This document shows positions 1 to 11,199 of a DNA stretch of 20,283 nucleotides, piece after piece. The stretch is from Paraspadella gotoi (Eukaryota > Animalia > Chaetognatha), in contig JBJCIZ010000529.1 of NCBI GenBank assembly GCA_051294375.1, positions 1-20,283 of the forward strand, given 5' to 3'. Made by a program: the position numbers and the translations under genes. How positions within the stretch are numbered: position 1 is the stretch's first letter; every line of letters starts with the position of its first letter. The notes beneath the pieces are model-generated. The model was not told the DNA's origin. It saw nothing but the letters and a program-made list of their open reading frames with translations, and searched no databases.

Positions 1-610
1 TCCTTCGCGATGCCTGTGTCACGATGACGACATGAAGTGTCCAGCCAGAAGCCAAAGAGAGAGATTTTGACCGTGGAGAGAGAGAAAAGAGAAAAAGGAA
101 AGAGAGAAGAGAGACGAAACGTTCAAGAAGGGAGAGGGAGTGAAGCAAGATCACGTGACGACGAAGTTCAGAGAGAAAGAGAAGGGAACGGTCAACAATC
201 TGTTCTCTCGAGTGAGGAATGGATGAGGAAAGAGAGGCGCATCGTAAAGGAGAGAAGGAAGAGGAGGCCGGGAAGAAGAGCGAGTGAAGAAAAAGGCGCG
301 AGAAAGAGATGCTGAGATCGAGATCGGCTCACGGGTCAAGGAGGGGGGTTAGTAAAAGAATGCGTGATCCGAACCATCGATGAGAGAGAGGGGGAAAGAA
401 TTGTAAAGGAAAAAAAGATCGAAGATAATAGAAAAAGGTTTAGAAGAATGTGTAAGTCCGAAATAGGTGTTAATTTGTGAAGAATAAAAAAATCCATATA
501 AAAATCCAAATAAAAAATCCATCGGTGAGAGAGAGGGGGGGAATCAGTGCGGCAGCAAAAGAAGTGGTGAGGATGATAGAGTAAGTAAAATAAGATGTGG
601 TTTTAGGAAA

Positions 611-650
611 ATAGATCGAAATGGATCGAAATAGATAGAAATAGATCGAA
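611..650. repeat. 10-bp tandem repeat (ATAGATCGAA x4) in purine-rich low-complexity DNA
   Basis: atagatcgaa atggatcgaa atagatagaa atagatcgaa; related TAGTGAGTCAAAA units continue to about 850. Confidence 0.8.
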
Positions 651-1310
651 AAAAGAGTTAAAATAAGTGAAACAAGACAGTTTGAAATGGTGAGTCAAAA
701 TAATGAAGATCGAAATATAGAGTCAAAATAGTGAAAGCATGAATATTGAAAATGTGGAGTTTATTATAGTGAAGCATTAAGAATCGAAAATAGTGAGTCA
801 AAATAGTGAGTGTATAAAAATTGAAATAGTGAGTTGAAATAGTAAATCAGTGAGAAGGGAGATAGAAATTGAGATAATGTGTGTGGTAGAATATTGAGGA
901 CAATTTAAAATTAAATTGAAATTGTGGAGGTAAAAAATAAAATAGTACAGACAGTCGAAATAGAAGGGCAATTAGTGAAGCTATGAAGATAGAATTTGAA
1001 ACAGGGTGATGGAGTTTAAGAAGGAGTGAGTTAAAATAGGGAAACAATATAAATTTAATGAAGAAACAGTGAGCCAAATAGAAAAGAATCGAAACTATCA
1101 AAATTGATATTTGGGTGAAGGAGATAGTAAAATGTAAGGAAAAAATAGGAAGAGGAAAAGAATTACATTAATCGGCCCGGAATATTTTTGCTAAAAGGCA
1201 GAAAGATTACGATTATTGTGTTACAGTACAACACTAAATGTCCCGGATTAGCTTTGTAGTCGGGCATTGCCTAGGTTCACCCCGCCTATAAGCATGACAC
1301 CTTCAGTCCT

Positions 1311-1551
1311 GACCGGTGGCTCATTGAGTAAAGCCATCAGCTCATGACCACAGGTACCGGGTTCAATCCCAACCTGGTACCTACCCTGCGGGAAGCGTGA
1401 GGACGGCCGTAAGCGCCTTGGGGGCGTGGCAAACCCCTCAAGCCTGGTTCCAAGCCCAGGACCCGTTCCATGGCTACGAAAGGGGTTATAGAAGTTACGG
1501 ATAGTCATCTTCAGCCCACTTAGCGCCTTATCCACAAGCTAAAAATAAAAA
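1311..1551 (+). mobile_element. tRNA-derived SINE-like element
   Basis: A-box-like TGGCTCATTGAG, anticodon-like loop CTCATGA, B-box GGTTCAATCCC (1360-1370), GC-rich body, A-rich tail at about 1541-1551. Confidence 0.6.
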
Positions 1552-2215
1552 GGCGATTAGTGATCTTACTGTTTATTGTGTGAGATGGGCGTGGTCTTTC
1601 TTCGTATTTTCCTTTGGCGTGAGTTGAAGAAACATTTGTTTTTAAACGTTATGCGCAATGCAGGGAAATTTTTTGTGAAATATAGGTGGATTGAGTTTTT
1701 TTTTTTTTTTATTGCGCACGCGAGGAAGATTAAAAAAAAAATTAGGATGAAAAAAAATAAGATTAGGAAAGATGGAAGAAAAAAAATTAGGGTGGTTTGG
1801 GAGGGTTTGCCGGTTAGCCAGTTAGTCGGTAGAGCAGGGAAACTTAATCCTGGGGAAGGTTAAAACCTTGGGGAGAGACCTGATTGGGCGTCACTGGGAA
1901 GATGGGTATCTAGCTAAAGGTAGGTTCTAACTAGTCTCTCATCAGGGAAAAGAGGTAAGAAGGGTAAGGAATATATTGGAATGGGTAAATAGCTACAACA
2001 AAGGGAGCAAGGGTACATAAACAGGAGAGAAGGGAGAGGGAAGGTTTGCAGACCCCGAGACCGAGAGGAGAAGATGAACTAGTGAGTCCGATCTCCGAGA
2101 CTCTATCCGTGACTCCGGGGATGAAGGAGGAGGGACGACGAGGGAGGAGGAGGCGTTGAGAGAGGGAAGAGAAGGCCCGGGGGAGAGAGAGGTTCTGGCG
2201 GTAAGGTGAGCCTCT

Positions 2216-2902
2216 ATCTTGCAGTTGAAACTCGACAAAAGAAACAAGGAACTTGGTGAAAAAGAACAAGAACTTTGCAACATAAAGCGGGAGCTAAAAG
2301 AAACAAAGGAAAAGGTTACGCAAATAGAAAATGAAATAAAAAAATTTCACAGTCACAAATAAAGCTGGATGAAAAAGATCATGAAACTTAACATAAAAGA
2401 AAAGGATCTGAGTGACCTAAAAATCGAGCTGAAAGCAACAAAAGAAAAGCAAGCAGAATTATCTTCACCTTGAATCGCCGCCCGCCTTGGCCTTGCCCCA
2501 AAATGATAAGAAAGAAAATTCTACTTCTCCTGTCTTTCCTCCCTCTATCTTCAGCCCCCAACTATAAAAGGATCGTTTTCAGCGCCCATTCTTCCATCAT
2601 CTAATCGGAAATCCGCACAAAGGAGATATGCGCTGATAATGAGAGGACCAATTCCAGAGAAAACACAGCAAATTTTTTTTCCCATCAATCTAAAAACTCG
2701 GTAACCTGTTATTTTTGTGTAAAAGATCACTCGGTCACTCAATGTTTTCAGTTCAGAACTCTTCATTTCAATGACAAAAAACAATTTGCCAAACACCACC
2801 GACTTTGTTTCCGTTTGTTTGACGCCCGGTCATATCTCCAAGCATTGTCAGTCAAATCGTCGTTGGGTTGTCTGTAATGGGTTTCACCATTCTTCACTTC
2901 AT
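2216..2902 (+). pseudogene. decayed gag-like frame: coiled coil plus BEL/Pao-type triple zinc knuckle
   Basis: ILQLKLDKRNKELGEKEQELCNIKRELKETKEK near 2216. At 2707-2902, across one frameshift: CYFCVKDHSVTQC-FQFRTL..KQFAKHHRL-CFRCLTPGHISKHCQSNRR(W)VVCNGFHHSSLH, the Cys/His cluster typical of BEL/Pao Gag. Confidence 0.7.
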
Positions 2903-3775
2903 GATTCATCTTCCAAAAATTTTCCAAAAATAGGTCAATACAAAATGTACAAATCTCTGCCTTAAAAATTATCTCTGAGTCACCCTCCATCTTAAATTCT
3001 ATAATGTCAACTTTACCAAAGCACTCAACATCAACATCAACTCCGACATCAACAGCACCTTCACCCCAACCACATCTTTAACGCCAACAGAAACTTCAAC
3101 ACCAGCAGCAACATCAATGACATTTTCAACACCAGCTGAGCGAACATCAACTTTAACCCTCATATGATCCGTGACCACTTGTTTAGAAATAAAATTTTGC
3201 AAACAAAAATACACATATGTCGGCAAGGGAATGCAAAGAGCAAGGCATAGCTTAGAAAATTTAATTAAGACTCGATTCTAAAACCATTGTCATGGCCTTA
3301 CCAAGGATGAGTGAGGAAGGGTTATCAGGACCCTTTCATGTCAGAAATCACGTTCAAAGGATGAACTTATATTTGTTGTGAAAACCTGGGAAGTAAAGAA
3401 AGCCTTACCTAAAGATATTGAATGGAAAGTATCAATTGCTACTTTTAAGTGGGATTTACAAAAATTCATATGAGCCCCCTTGTTGAAATAACAAGCCTAA
3501 CCAAATGGTGAAATGAGAGAAATAGGTGAGCATAAATCACAATGATTACTCCAAATACTTAAACCAGAAGATTGCCTTCCCCCTTTTGATGCTTCAAAAC
3601 ATGATGAATGCAACAAAACCCAAAATCTCGAAACAAAAACTCAAAAACTCAAAACTCAAAACAAAAACCCAAAAATCTTACCAAACCAAACTCTAAATCA
3701 TACCCTTCAAAGCGTCTTCTAAGTTCTATGAACTAAGGGGCGCCTTCCTCAATTCACCATCCGTCTTTGGGCAGG

Positions 3776-4316
3776 TGTACTATCGTCTGGTTTCTCTGCT
3801 TGAGTCTATGGTTTCAAGGTGAGCTTATGTATCTAGTTTGTAAATATGGAAATATGTAGATGTGCAAAATTTGTGTGACCGGGTGAATGTGTAAATATGT
3901 GTAAATATGGAGTATGTAAATGTGGAGTATGTGAATAAAGTATGTTGTAGAAGACGAAAATAATAATAATAAAAGTGAGAAGGTGAAGAATTGTGACGAT
4001 GTAAGAGAAGTAGAAAAGAAGTGAGACGAGCTCTCTCCTGATCCACTTTTATCATCGCCCGGACCAACTTGACCTTACGGTTGGGAGATAGGAAAAATGA
4101 TTTGTTTGGTCAAAGTGTTATGATGATTTCTTGCTGTTAGGCAAGCTTGGTTAAATGGCGAAAATAACCAGCTGTTGATGATTACTTGCTGTTAGGCAAG
4201 TTGTGATTAATCGTAACAGTGACCAACTGGTGATGATTTGGTGATAGTGCTGATAACCAATTATCTAACAATCACGGATCTCGCGAATGACTGATAGATC
4301 TTAAACATCTAATACA
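3776..4316 (-). mobile_element. putative 3' LTR of the Gypsy integrase fragment
   Basis: TGTA...TACA termini directly downstream of the integrase tail; TATA-like GATAAAAG on minus near 4046-4053; internal 25-bp duplication (4121-4145/4176-4200). No partner LTR is visible. Confidence 0.45.
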
Positions 4317-4323
4317 ATATATA

Positions 4324-5144
4324 TCTAGTCCTTCAGAACCCAGACGATGGTATTGTCTTGCACGTGCTTGTCTCTGAGGTTGGAGTCGTGTTGGTTGTCG
4401 AGTGGATCGTTGTCGTGATGGCCGTTGCTGTTGCTGTGGAGGTTCTTGTTGACATTGCTGTTGAGGTTGGGTGGCCTGAGGATATAAATGTTGGGAATGA
4501 GTGGAGTCGGCCGCTGGGCTGACTCTTGTTCTATTATTTGTTTGACCTTCCCCCCTAGGAAACGACTCGCCTGTTGCTGCTGGTGGTCGTCCTCTTCTTG
4601 GGGCTGCTAGAGGTGTTGGTTGGACATCCGGTTCTGTTGTTGCTGGCTTTATCTAGTCGATGGAGATCTTCTCTTGTCCTCGGCCAGGGATGTCCACTGT
4701 GAAAGTCTTGTCATCTCTTGAGACTACTTTGTAAGGGCACAAGTAGGGCGTAGCAAGAGAGTGACCCTGTTGGCCACGGAGCACAAAAACCCAGTTTGCT
4801 GAGGCAAGACTGTGAGGAAGATGAACAGGTGGGTTTGAGTGCCAACTAGGAACTACTGGTCTCAACAATGCAACGTCATGTCTCAAGTTTTGCAGCTCAT
4901 TTTGGGCATTTGCTCTTGTTGGCTGTGTACCTATTACCAGTTCGCCTGGGATTGCTATTGTATCTCCGAATACAAGTTCTGCTGGTGATGCTTGTAGGTC
5001 TTCTTTTGGTGCAGACCTGAGTCCTAATAAGACCCAGGGTAGTTGATTGAACCAATTTGCGCCAGACGCATCACAACGCGCTTTCAATGATGCCTTCATG
5101 GTACGGTGAAACCGTTCGACCATCCCGTTCGCCTGCGGGTGGTA
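4324..5144 (-). pseudogene. Ty3/Gypsy integrase C-terminal fragment
   Basis: YHPQANGMVERFHRTMKASL..WFNQLPWVLLGLRSAPKEDLQASPAELVFG..L..PYLCPYKVV (GPY/F-like)..ISID*IKPA with a premature stop at 4653-4655, then a P/Q/R-rich tail; 5'-truncated at about 5144. Confidence 0.9.
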
Positions 5145-5197
5145 AATTTTTAATAAATTAGTAAATTTTTAATAAATTAGTAAATTTTTATTAAATA
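5142..5197. repeat. 19-bp tandem repeat x3 (GTAAATTTTTAATAAATTA)
   Basis: Units at 5142, 5161 and 5180, starting at the integrase truncation point. Confidence 0.9.
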
Positions 5198-5443
5198 GTA
5201 ACCTACGGTATTGTGAACGACCGTCTCGCCAACGCGTTTTTCATTTTACCGCGCCGTTTAAACAAAGTTTTATCAGAAAATTTTACTAGCTCTAATTTTA
5301 CAAAACAATTACGCAAAAAATTTTCTTTCTGATTTCTCCCTTGATAAGGAAGATTGAAAAATTTTTGTCTTGTCTGTCTGGCGCAGATTTAGTATTTTTT
5401 ACAGTAAATCATTTTTTTTTAGCTAACTCTCTCTACCATCAAG

Positions 5444-6728
5444 ATGGAGCATCTTTTGGATCTGGAGGCCCCTCAAGGACGTGGAGCTCGCCGCGCTTCC
5501 ACCTCACCTTCAGCGGAGAATCTCAAGCGACGCCGCACAGAGGACGGCACCCGACTACCCATCATCACCGTAGACGACGCCACTCCAATCTCATCACCAC
5601 CACCTTCGCGGACCAGGACGACGCCTTCAGACGCACGCGGCGACCAAACCAGGGTCAAGAGCATTATCACGCCCCCCCGATGATGCAACGTCGGCTCCAT
5701 GAGGACTGCACAAGGATCATCAAATGGGCTGATTACGACTTTCAATAATAGGATCCTATGATTAGAGGCAAAACAGGAAAGTTTCAACTCAAGTGTAAGG
5801 GCATCGATAGAATACCTTACATCCCAGGTTCAACGCCTGCTAGCAGCTCAGCAGCGCCACAGTCCATGCCACATAGGTCCACAGGCGACCTCAATCAACG
5901 TTTATGCCAGTTTGCAGGACAGAATCACCCGGATAACGCCAACGCCTCCTCCACCTTGCCTATGGATTATCAGACGCCCAGCACCAACTGGTCAAAGACG
6001 CTTAAGTTGCTACCTTTCGATGTTGGCAACATCAGAGCCTGGCTTGCTGCTGTCGAGGGGAGTTTCCGCCTTGCTGCAGTTACAGACGATCAGCACAAAA
6101 AGATGCACCTTCTCGGTGCGGTACCACAGGAGCATCAGGTCCTGGTCAGAGGTTTTTATACCGACGACCACCCTGTCTCTGGTGGTTACCAAGCCCTGAA
6201 AAAGCAGCTGAGCTGTTCGCCGAAAAGCCCCGGCAAAAGGCGCAGAAGCTCATAGGTCACCACTCCCTCGCAGGACGCACGCCCTCGCAGTTTGTGGCCG
6301 CACTGCGCGCTGAGGTTGAATCCCTGACGATCGACCATCTCCTCAACGCGATCCTGGCCGAGGTCCTCCCAGCCCATGTGGCCTGAAGGGTAGTCAGCGA
6401 TGGGGACGAGACGCCGGAAGCGATCGCCAAGAAGGTGGACGCATTTTACTCTGCCCAAGGTGATCTTCAGATCACCTCAAAACCCATTGGAAAAGTCGTC
6501 AGTCATGTCTTCGAGGACGACCTATCTGACTCGGAGTGTGATGAGTATGCGCCCGACTTGGCGGATGACGCATCCACCACAGAGGATGTGCCTCCACGCA
6601 CGTACGCCAGCGTGTGTTCCGCGACTTCCAGACGTGGCCAACTACGCCCCAGGACACAGGTCCGGCCTGGCTACCAAAGACCAGCAACAACACAGCAACG
6701 TCGTTTCCCCAACAACAGCACCACATTT
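5444..6728 (+). pseudogene. Ty3/Gypsy gag remnant (DUF7041-like capsid N-terminal domain)
   Basis: LLPFDVGNIRAWLAAVEGSFRLAAVTDDQHK..YQALKKQL, then after a frameshift LAGRTPSQFVAALRAEV..LAEVLPAHV*..AIAKKVDAFY; stops and frameshifts; ends before any zinc knuckle. Confidence 0.75.
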
Positions 6729-6884
6729 GCCCGGACCAACCTGACCTTACGGTCGCCTCGGCCCTATTACTGTGTCCGGTCAATCTAAGGTCATTGCCAA
6801 AGCTATGGCAAAGTGACCATGTGGATAGACCGGCTCGGAGAAAGAGGAAGGGTTTAGAGAGAGAGACCGGTGGTAAGTCGCCTC

Positions 6885-7564
6885 AATATATTCTTATACT
6901 GGCCAAAGTAGAATGATGACAATATTGCTATTGTTAAGTTTCAAAAAAATCCGACCATAAATATAGAAAATATTAACCAAAATCTTTGGAAAATCCACCC
7001 CTTCTTTGGAAGATTTATGCCATTAAAGATTTTTCCCGAATCTGACTCAAGGTTAAAAATTCTTAGAATTCCGATCTTAGCTCCTCTTTTACTTTTACTT
7101 TAAATAAAAATTTCACCAAAATGGACTAATTCACTTTACCATGATCATATCATATTAAAATAACCAAATAAAATGTAAAGAAAAATTTTGAGAGCCCTTC
7201 AGACATATGGCTATTGGATTCCTGAATTTGAAGTTTATTGTAATATCACAACATACCTTAAATGCGTTTACATTGTATTGAAGTCTAGAACTCCCTTTAT
7301 TTTATATATAAAAATTGCATCAAAAATATTTTTCCGAGTTGACCAGTCCATTTGAATCTGATAGTTTGATGCCAAAATGATGGTTATTTGTCAAGAGGAA
7401 AAAAATGCGAGCTCTTGAGATGCAAGAGGATCTAAATTGAGTGTTTTTACATCTATTTTTTACCTGAATTTTTCCCAAGGCGTTAACATTGTTTGGTAGT
7501 CAGATTTTAACGAAAATCTCAATTGAAAAAGTCTTCCTCGATTTCTAAGAACGACGTAGACTCC
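6885..7564 (-). mobile_element. non-coding interspersed repeat (MITE-like), inverted copy of 9276-9959
   Basis: Colinear reverse-complement match over about 680 bp with scattered substitutions; lacks the last ~37 bp of the other copy. Confidence 0.9.
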
Positions 7565-7656
7565 GAGTTTAAAAAAATCTTAAAAGACTCAAAATCGAGT
7601 CAGAGCCTACTATCAAAGAAAATTAATGAAAAAATCCGGGAAAAAAACGAATGAAT

Positions 7657-7889
7657 GATGCGATAACTAATTATTGATGTAATAGTAATTGATTGATGTA
7701 ATATTAATTGATTGATGTAATAGGAATTGATTATTGATTCGATGATAACCAATTATTGATGCGATGATAACCAATTATTGATGCGATGATAACCAATTAT
7801 TGATGCGATGATAGTCATTCACTGATGTGATGATAGTCATTCACTGATGCGATGATAGTCATTCATTGATGCGATGATAGTCATTCATT
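7657..7889. repeat. compound minisatellite: four ~19-bp units then seven 22-bp units
   Basis: GATGTAATAGTAATTGATT-type units, then GATGCGATGATAACCAATTATT x3 and GATGCGATGATAGTCATTCA(C/T)T x4. Confidence 0.9.
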
Positions 7890-8072
7890 GTATGAGTATG
7901 AGTGAAAGAGAGAGAGAGAGAAAGAAAAAAAATAAATCCACGAAAATCTCGGATAAAAATATGGCATTTTGTATTGAAAAAAAAGCGCCGAATAAATGGC
8001 AATAATAAAAGTTTTTAGACAGAAAAAATTAATTAGAATTTTTCAAAAAACAAACGATCACGGAAGAGATTG

Positions 8073-8120
8073 GACAGAGAGAGACAGACACACACAGAGA
8101 GACAGAGAGAGAGAGACAGA

Positions 8121-8154
<34 letters not shown>

Positions 8155-8155
8155 A
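8073..8155. repeat. imperfect (GA)n microsatellite
   Basis: Read directly; further (GA)n tracts near 7907-7922 and 8296-8320. Confidence 0.95.
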
Positions 8156-8186
8156 GCTGGACAGCCATTTGTTGACGAATCTGAAA

Positions 8187-8256
8187 TGGGTAGCGCCGGA
8201 GGTAGCGCGAGCTCCTCCCAACCCAAAGGACTCGGGTTCGCTCCCTGCTGATTCAC
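8187..8256 (+). mobile_element. tRNA-like SINE head or tRNA pseudogene, related to 11300-11368
   Basis: GGTAGCGCCGGAGGTAGCGCGAGCTCCTCCCAACCCAAAGGACTCGGGTTCGCTCCC with A/B-box-like motifs and an A-rich tract downstream. Confidence 0.55.
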
Positions 8257-8690
8257 AAAGCAAAAAAAAAGTGAATAAAATTAAAAAAAAAAAATAGAGA
8301 GAGAGAGAGAGAGAGAGAGACAGCCGCTGCCTTTCTAAGAACGACGTAGACTCCTATCTCTCTACATAAACGTTTATGTTTTCATCATTAATTGATTCTA
8401 TAACATAATTAGAATGACTTGGTTTTAGTTGTTAGTATTACACTGAGGTAGGTGCTGTTAATTGAAAAAAAAATTAAAAATTTGCGTTTAAAAATGACTT
8501 TACCGTGTTGGATGAAATTTTTAAGGTTTACTGATAAAAAAAATTGCCCGATTTTTAGTTGCCTCTTGAAGCTGAACCTTAATCAAATTTAGAGTTGTTT
8601 TTTTTGAAACGTGAAGGGAATACTCTTTCTTTGACATAATAATAAATTGTACAAAGCTTTATGCAATTCTTGTTTGAATGATCTCAGGCC

Positions 8691-8780
8691 TTAACAATAG
8701 CAATATTGCCATCATTCTACATTGGCCGGTAAAAGAATATATTAAAAAAACCTCTGGCTTTTTTTGTCAGAGCTTAGTCC
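8691..8780 (+). repeat. terminal fragment of the 9276-9996 element
   Basis: Direct match to about 9914-9996, ending CAGAGCTTAGTCC|TA. Confidence 0.85.
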
Positions 8781-9275
8781 TAATTACCACCTTCGAGCTC
8801 ACTCGGCAGCTTACAAGAAGGCAGGATCAAATTTACCCGGTTTTAACCTTAGAGTTTAAGATTTAGGATCAGATTTGAATTTAGAAATGGGTAAATTTGA
8901 TCTTTCTAAGCCTATGATTTTATTCCCTGCGTTTCTAAGAGATGATTAAAACTTGGATAATCATAAAGGGCAAAGACCCATATTGTAATGATAATCCAAT
9001 GCACAAAGTAATGACAAAGTGAGAGAGTTCAAATCCTAAAAAGGGGCAAAAAAATGTAGTGGGGTGAGGACAGAAAAATCTCTAACTATTACACTCTCTT
9101 ACTGTACTCTTATCCAAACTCGCAAGCTTCAACAAAATGGCAGCAAAATAATTCCTCAAAAATCCTCAAGGAATAACTAAACGGATTTTCTAGGCAAGAT
9201 TGCTGACAAAAGAGCAACGCTAATTTCCCGATTCCTTAGCAGCCGGTGGCAGAGGCTCGCTCACAATTATAATTA

Positions 9276-9996
9276 GGAGTCTACGTCGTTCTTAGAAATC
9301 GAGGAAAGACTTTTTCAATGGAGATTTTCGTTAAAATCTGACTACCAAATAATGTCAACGCCCCTGGGAAAAATTCAGGTAAAAAACAGATGTAAAAACA
9401 CTCGATTCCGATCCTGTTGCATCTGAAGGGCTCGCATTTTTTTTCTCTTGACAAATAACCATCATTTTGACATCAAACCATCAGATTCAAATGGACTGGT
9501 CCGCTCGGGAAAATATTTTCAACGCAATTTTTATATATAAAATAAAGGGATTTCTCAACTTCAATACAATGTCAATGCATTTAACATATGTTGTGATTTT
9601 ACAATAAACTTCAAATTCAGGAATCCGATAGCCATATGTCTGAAGGGCTCTCAAAATTTTTCTTTACATTTTATTTGGTTATTTTGATATGATACGATCA
9701 TGGTAAAGTGAATTAGTCCATTTTGGTGAAATTTTTATTTAAAGTAAAAGTAAAAGAGGAGCTAACGATCGGAATTCAAAGTGTTTTCAAACCGGGAGTC
9801 AGATTCGGGAAAAATCTTCTATGGCGAATATCTTCCAAAGAAGGGGTCAATTTTCCAAATATTTCGGTTAATATTTTCTATATTTATGGTAGGATTTTTT
9901 TTAAACTTAATATTAACAATATTGCCATCGTTCTACCTTGGCCGGTATAAGAATATATTAAAAAAACCTCTGGCTTTGTTCGTCAGAGCTTAGTCC
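9276..9996 (+). mobile_element. apparently full-length ~720-bp non-autonomous element
   Basis: TA|GGAGTCTACG...GCTTAGTCC|TA; both ends recur elsewhere in the window with the same boundaries; TA and AT-rich flanks; no credible ORF. Confidence 0.75.
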
Positions 9997-10020
9997 TATT
10001 ATAATACTTTTTCATAATAG

Positions 10021-10130
10021 TATTCCTTGGCGAGATCCTTAAGATAAATCTTGGAGTGATAATGTGAAGGCCAAGGTTCTTTGTGACGTAGTCGTCGTCG
10101 GCGTCGTCGTTATTGTCGGCGTCACACTTT
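10021..10130 (+). mobile_element. Helentron/HINE (DINE-1-like) 5' end
   Basis: Short inverted repeat CCTTGGC (10025-10031)/GCCAAGG (10070-10076) followed by a (GTC/GGC)n microsatellite; no matching 3' end found. Confidence 0.4.
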
Positions 10131-10600
10131 TTATATAAAAACTACTACGCTTTTATAGTTTTAATAAAAATAACTTTGAATTACGATGAATTTTTATAAA
10201 AGTGTGCGATCATAGTAAGTTAAAAATTTAGATATGGCTTCTCATTTTGAAATAGCTTTGGAATTTTCATATTACATTTGGATTCAGGTAGTTTTTGTTT
10301 GAATTTCCACTTCATTATGATTTACTTTAATATGCAAATGAGATTATAGTACTCAATATAATAGCCAAATTAGTAAAAAACAGGTTTGAGCAAACAATGT
10401 CGGATCTGCCTACGATAATTAATTAATTAATCGATTAATTAATTAATTAATTAATTTTAATATGTAATAATTAATTTTAAATTTATATTCAACTTATCAT
10501 CATCGATGTCCTTAAAATTGGGTTAGGACAGTTATTAAATATGTTTTGTTTACATTTTATCAAAACAAACAAATATCCTCTATTTTATTTTATGTCTCCT

Positions 10601-10644
10601 TCTCTCTCTCTCTCTCTCACTCTCTCTCTCTCTCTCTCTCTCTC
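10601..10644. repeat. (CT)n microsatellite
   Basis: Read directly; (TTAA)n tracts nearby at about 10418-10456 and 10710-10729. Confidence 0.95.
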
Positions 10645-10804
10645 TTTTTATGCAATTGCGACGATATTTATGCTTTTAGGATTTTTTTAACTTGCATAAT
10701 TTTTTCACATTAATTAATTAATTAATTAATGTGAAAAACGAAAAATGTCAAATGTCAAGAGAGGCAATAGTTTTTATTTTAAATTTATAATTTTTTTATT
10801 TTTT

Positions 10805-10978
10805 GATAATGCGTAAAAATAAAAACAAAAAATATGACAACAAAGACAAAAACAAAAAATATAAAGCATAAACGAAAAACAATGTTAATAAAACGTTCAA
10901 AGATAATGCGTAAAAACAAAAACGCAAAATATGAAAACAAGAACAAAAACAAAAAATATAAAGCATTAATGAAAAACA
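10805..10978. repeat. A-rich degenerate tandem duplication, period 97 bp
   Basis: GATAATGCGTAAAAA...ATATAAAGCAT at 10805 and again at 10902. Confidence 0.75.
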
Positions 10979-11199
10979 TGAGAGCAAAAAAATATACTAA
11001 AACATTATAAAAGTGTTTAATATTCAAGGTTTTATTTTATAAAAAGTCATAATTATTTAATGCATGGTGTATAACATATACCTAAAAATATATATTTATA
11101 AGGTGTTAAAGTAAAGGGCAGAGGGACCACAATGGTATGAATAGAAATATCAAACTATAATCAATAAATTGAAGAGACAGTGATTATTGATATATGTTA

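Noticed and set aside
1311-1380. Functional tRNA-Met gene
   Set aside because: The anticodon stem does not pair and the sequence continues into a SINE-like body and tail
1380-1480. Self-cleaving ribozyme in the SINE body
   Set aside because: GC-rich stems are present but I could not build an HDV or hammerhead core
7736-7889. CRISPR-like array
   Set aside because: Units are contiguous with no unique spacers; eukaryotic context
10785-11027. Hydrophobic membrane-protein-like ORFs (also 847-1101 and 8029-8297)
   Set aside because: Translations of A-rich or (GA)n low-complexity repeats
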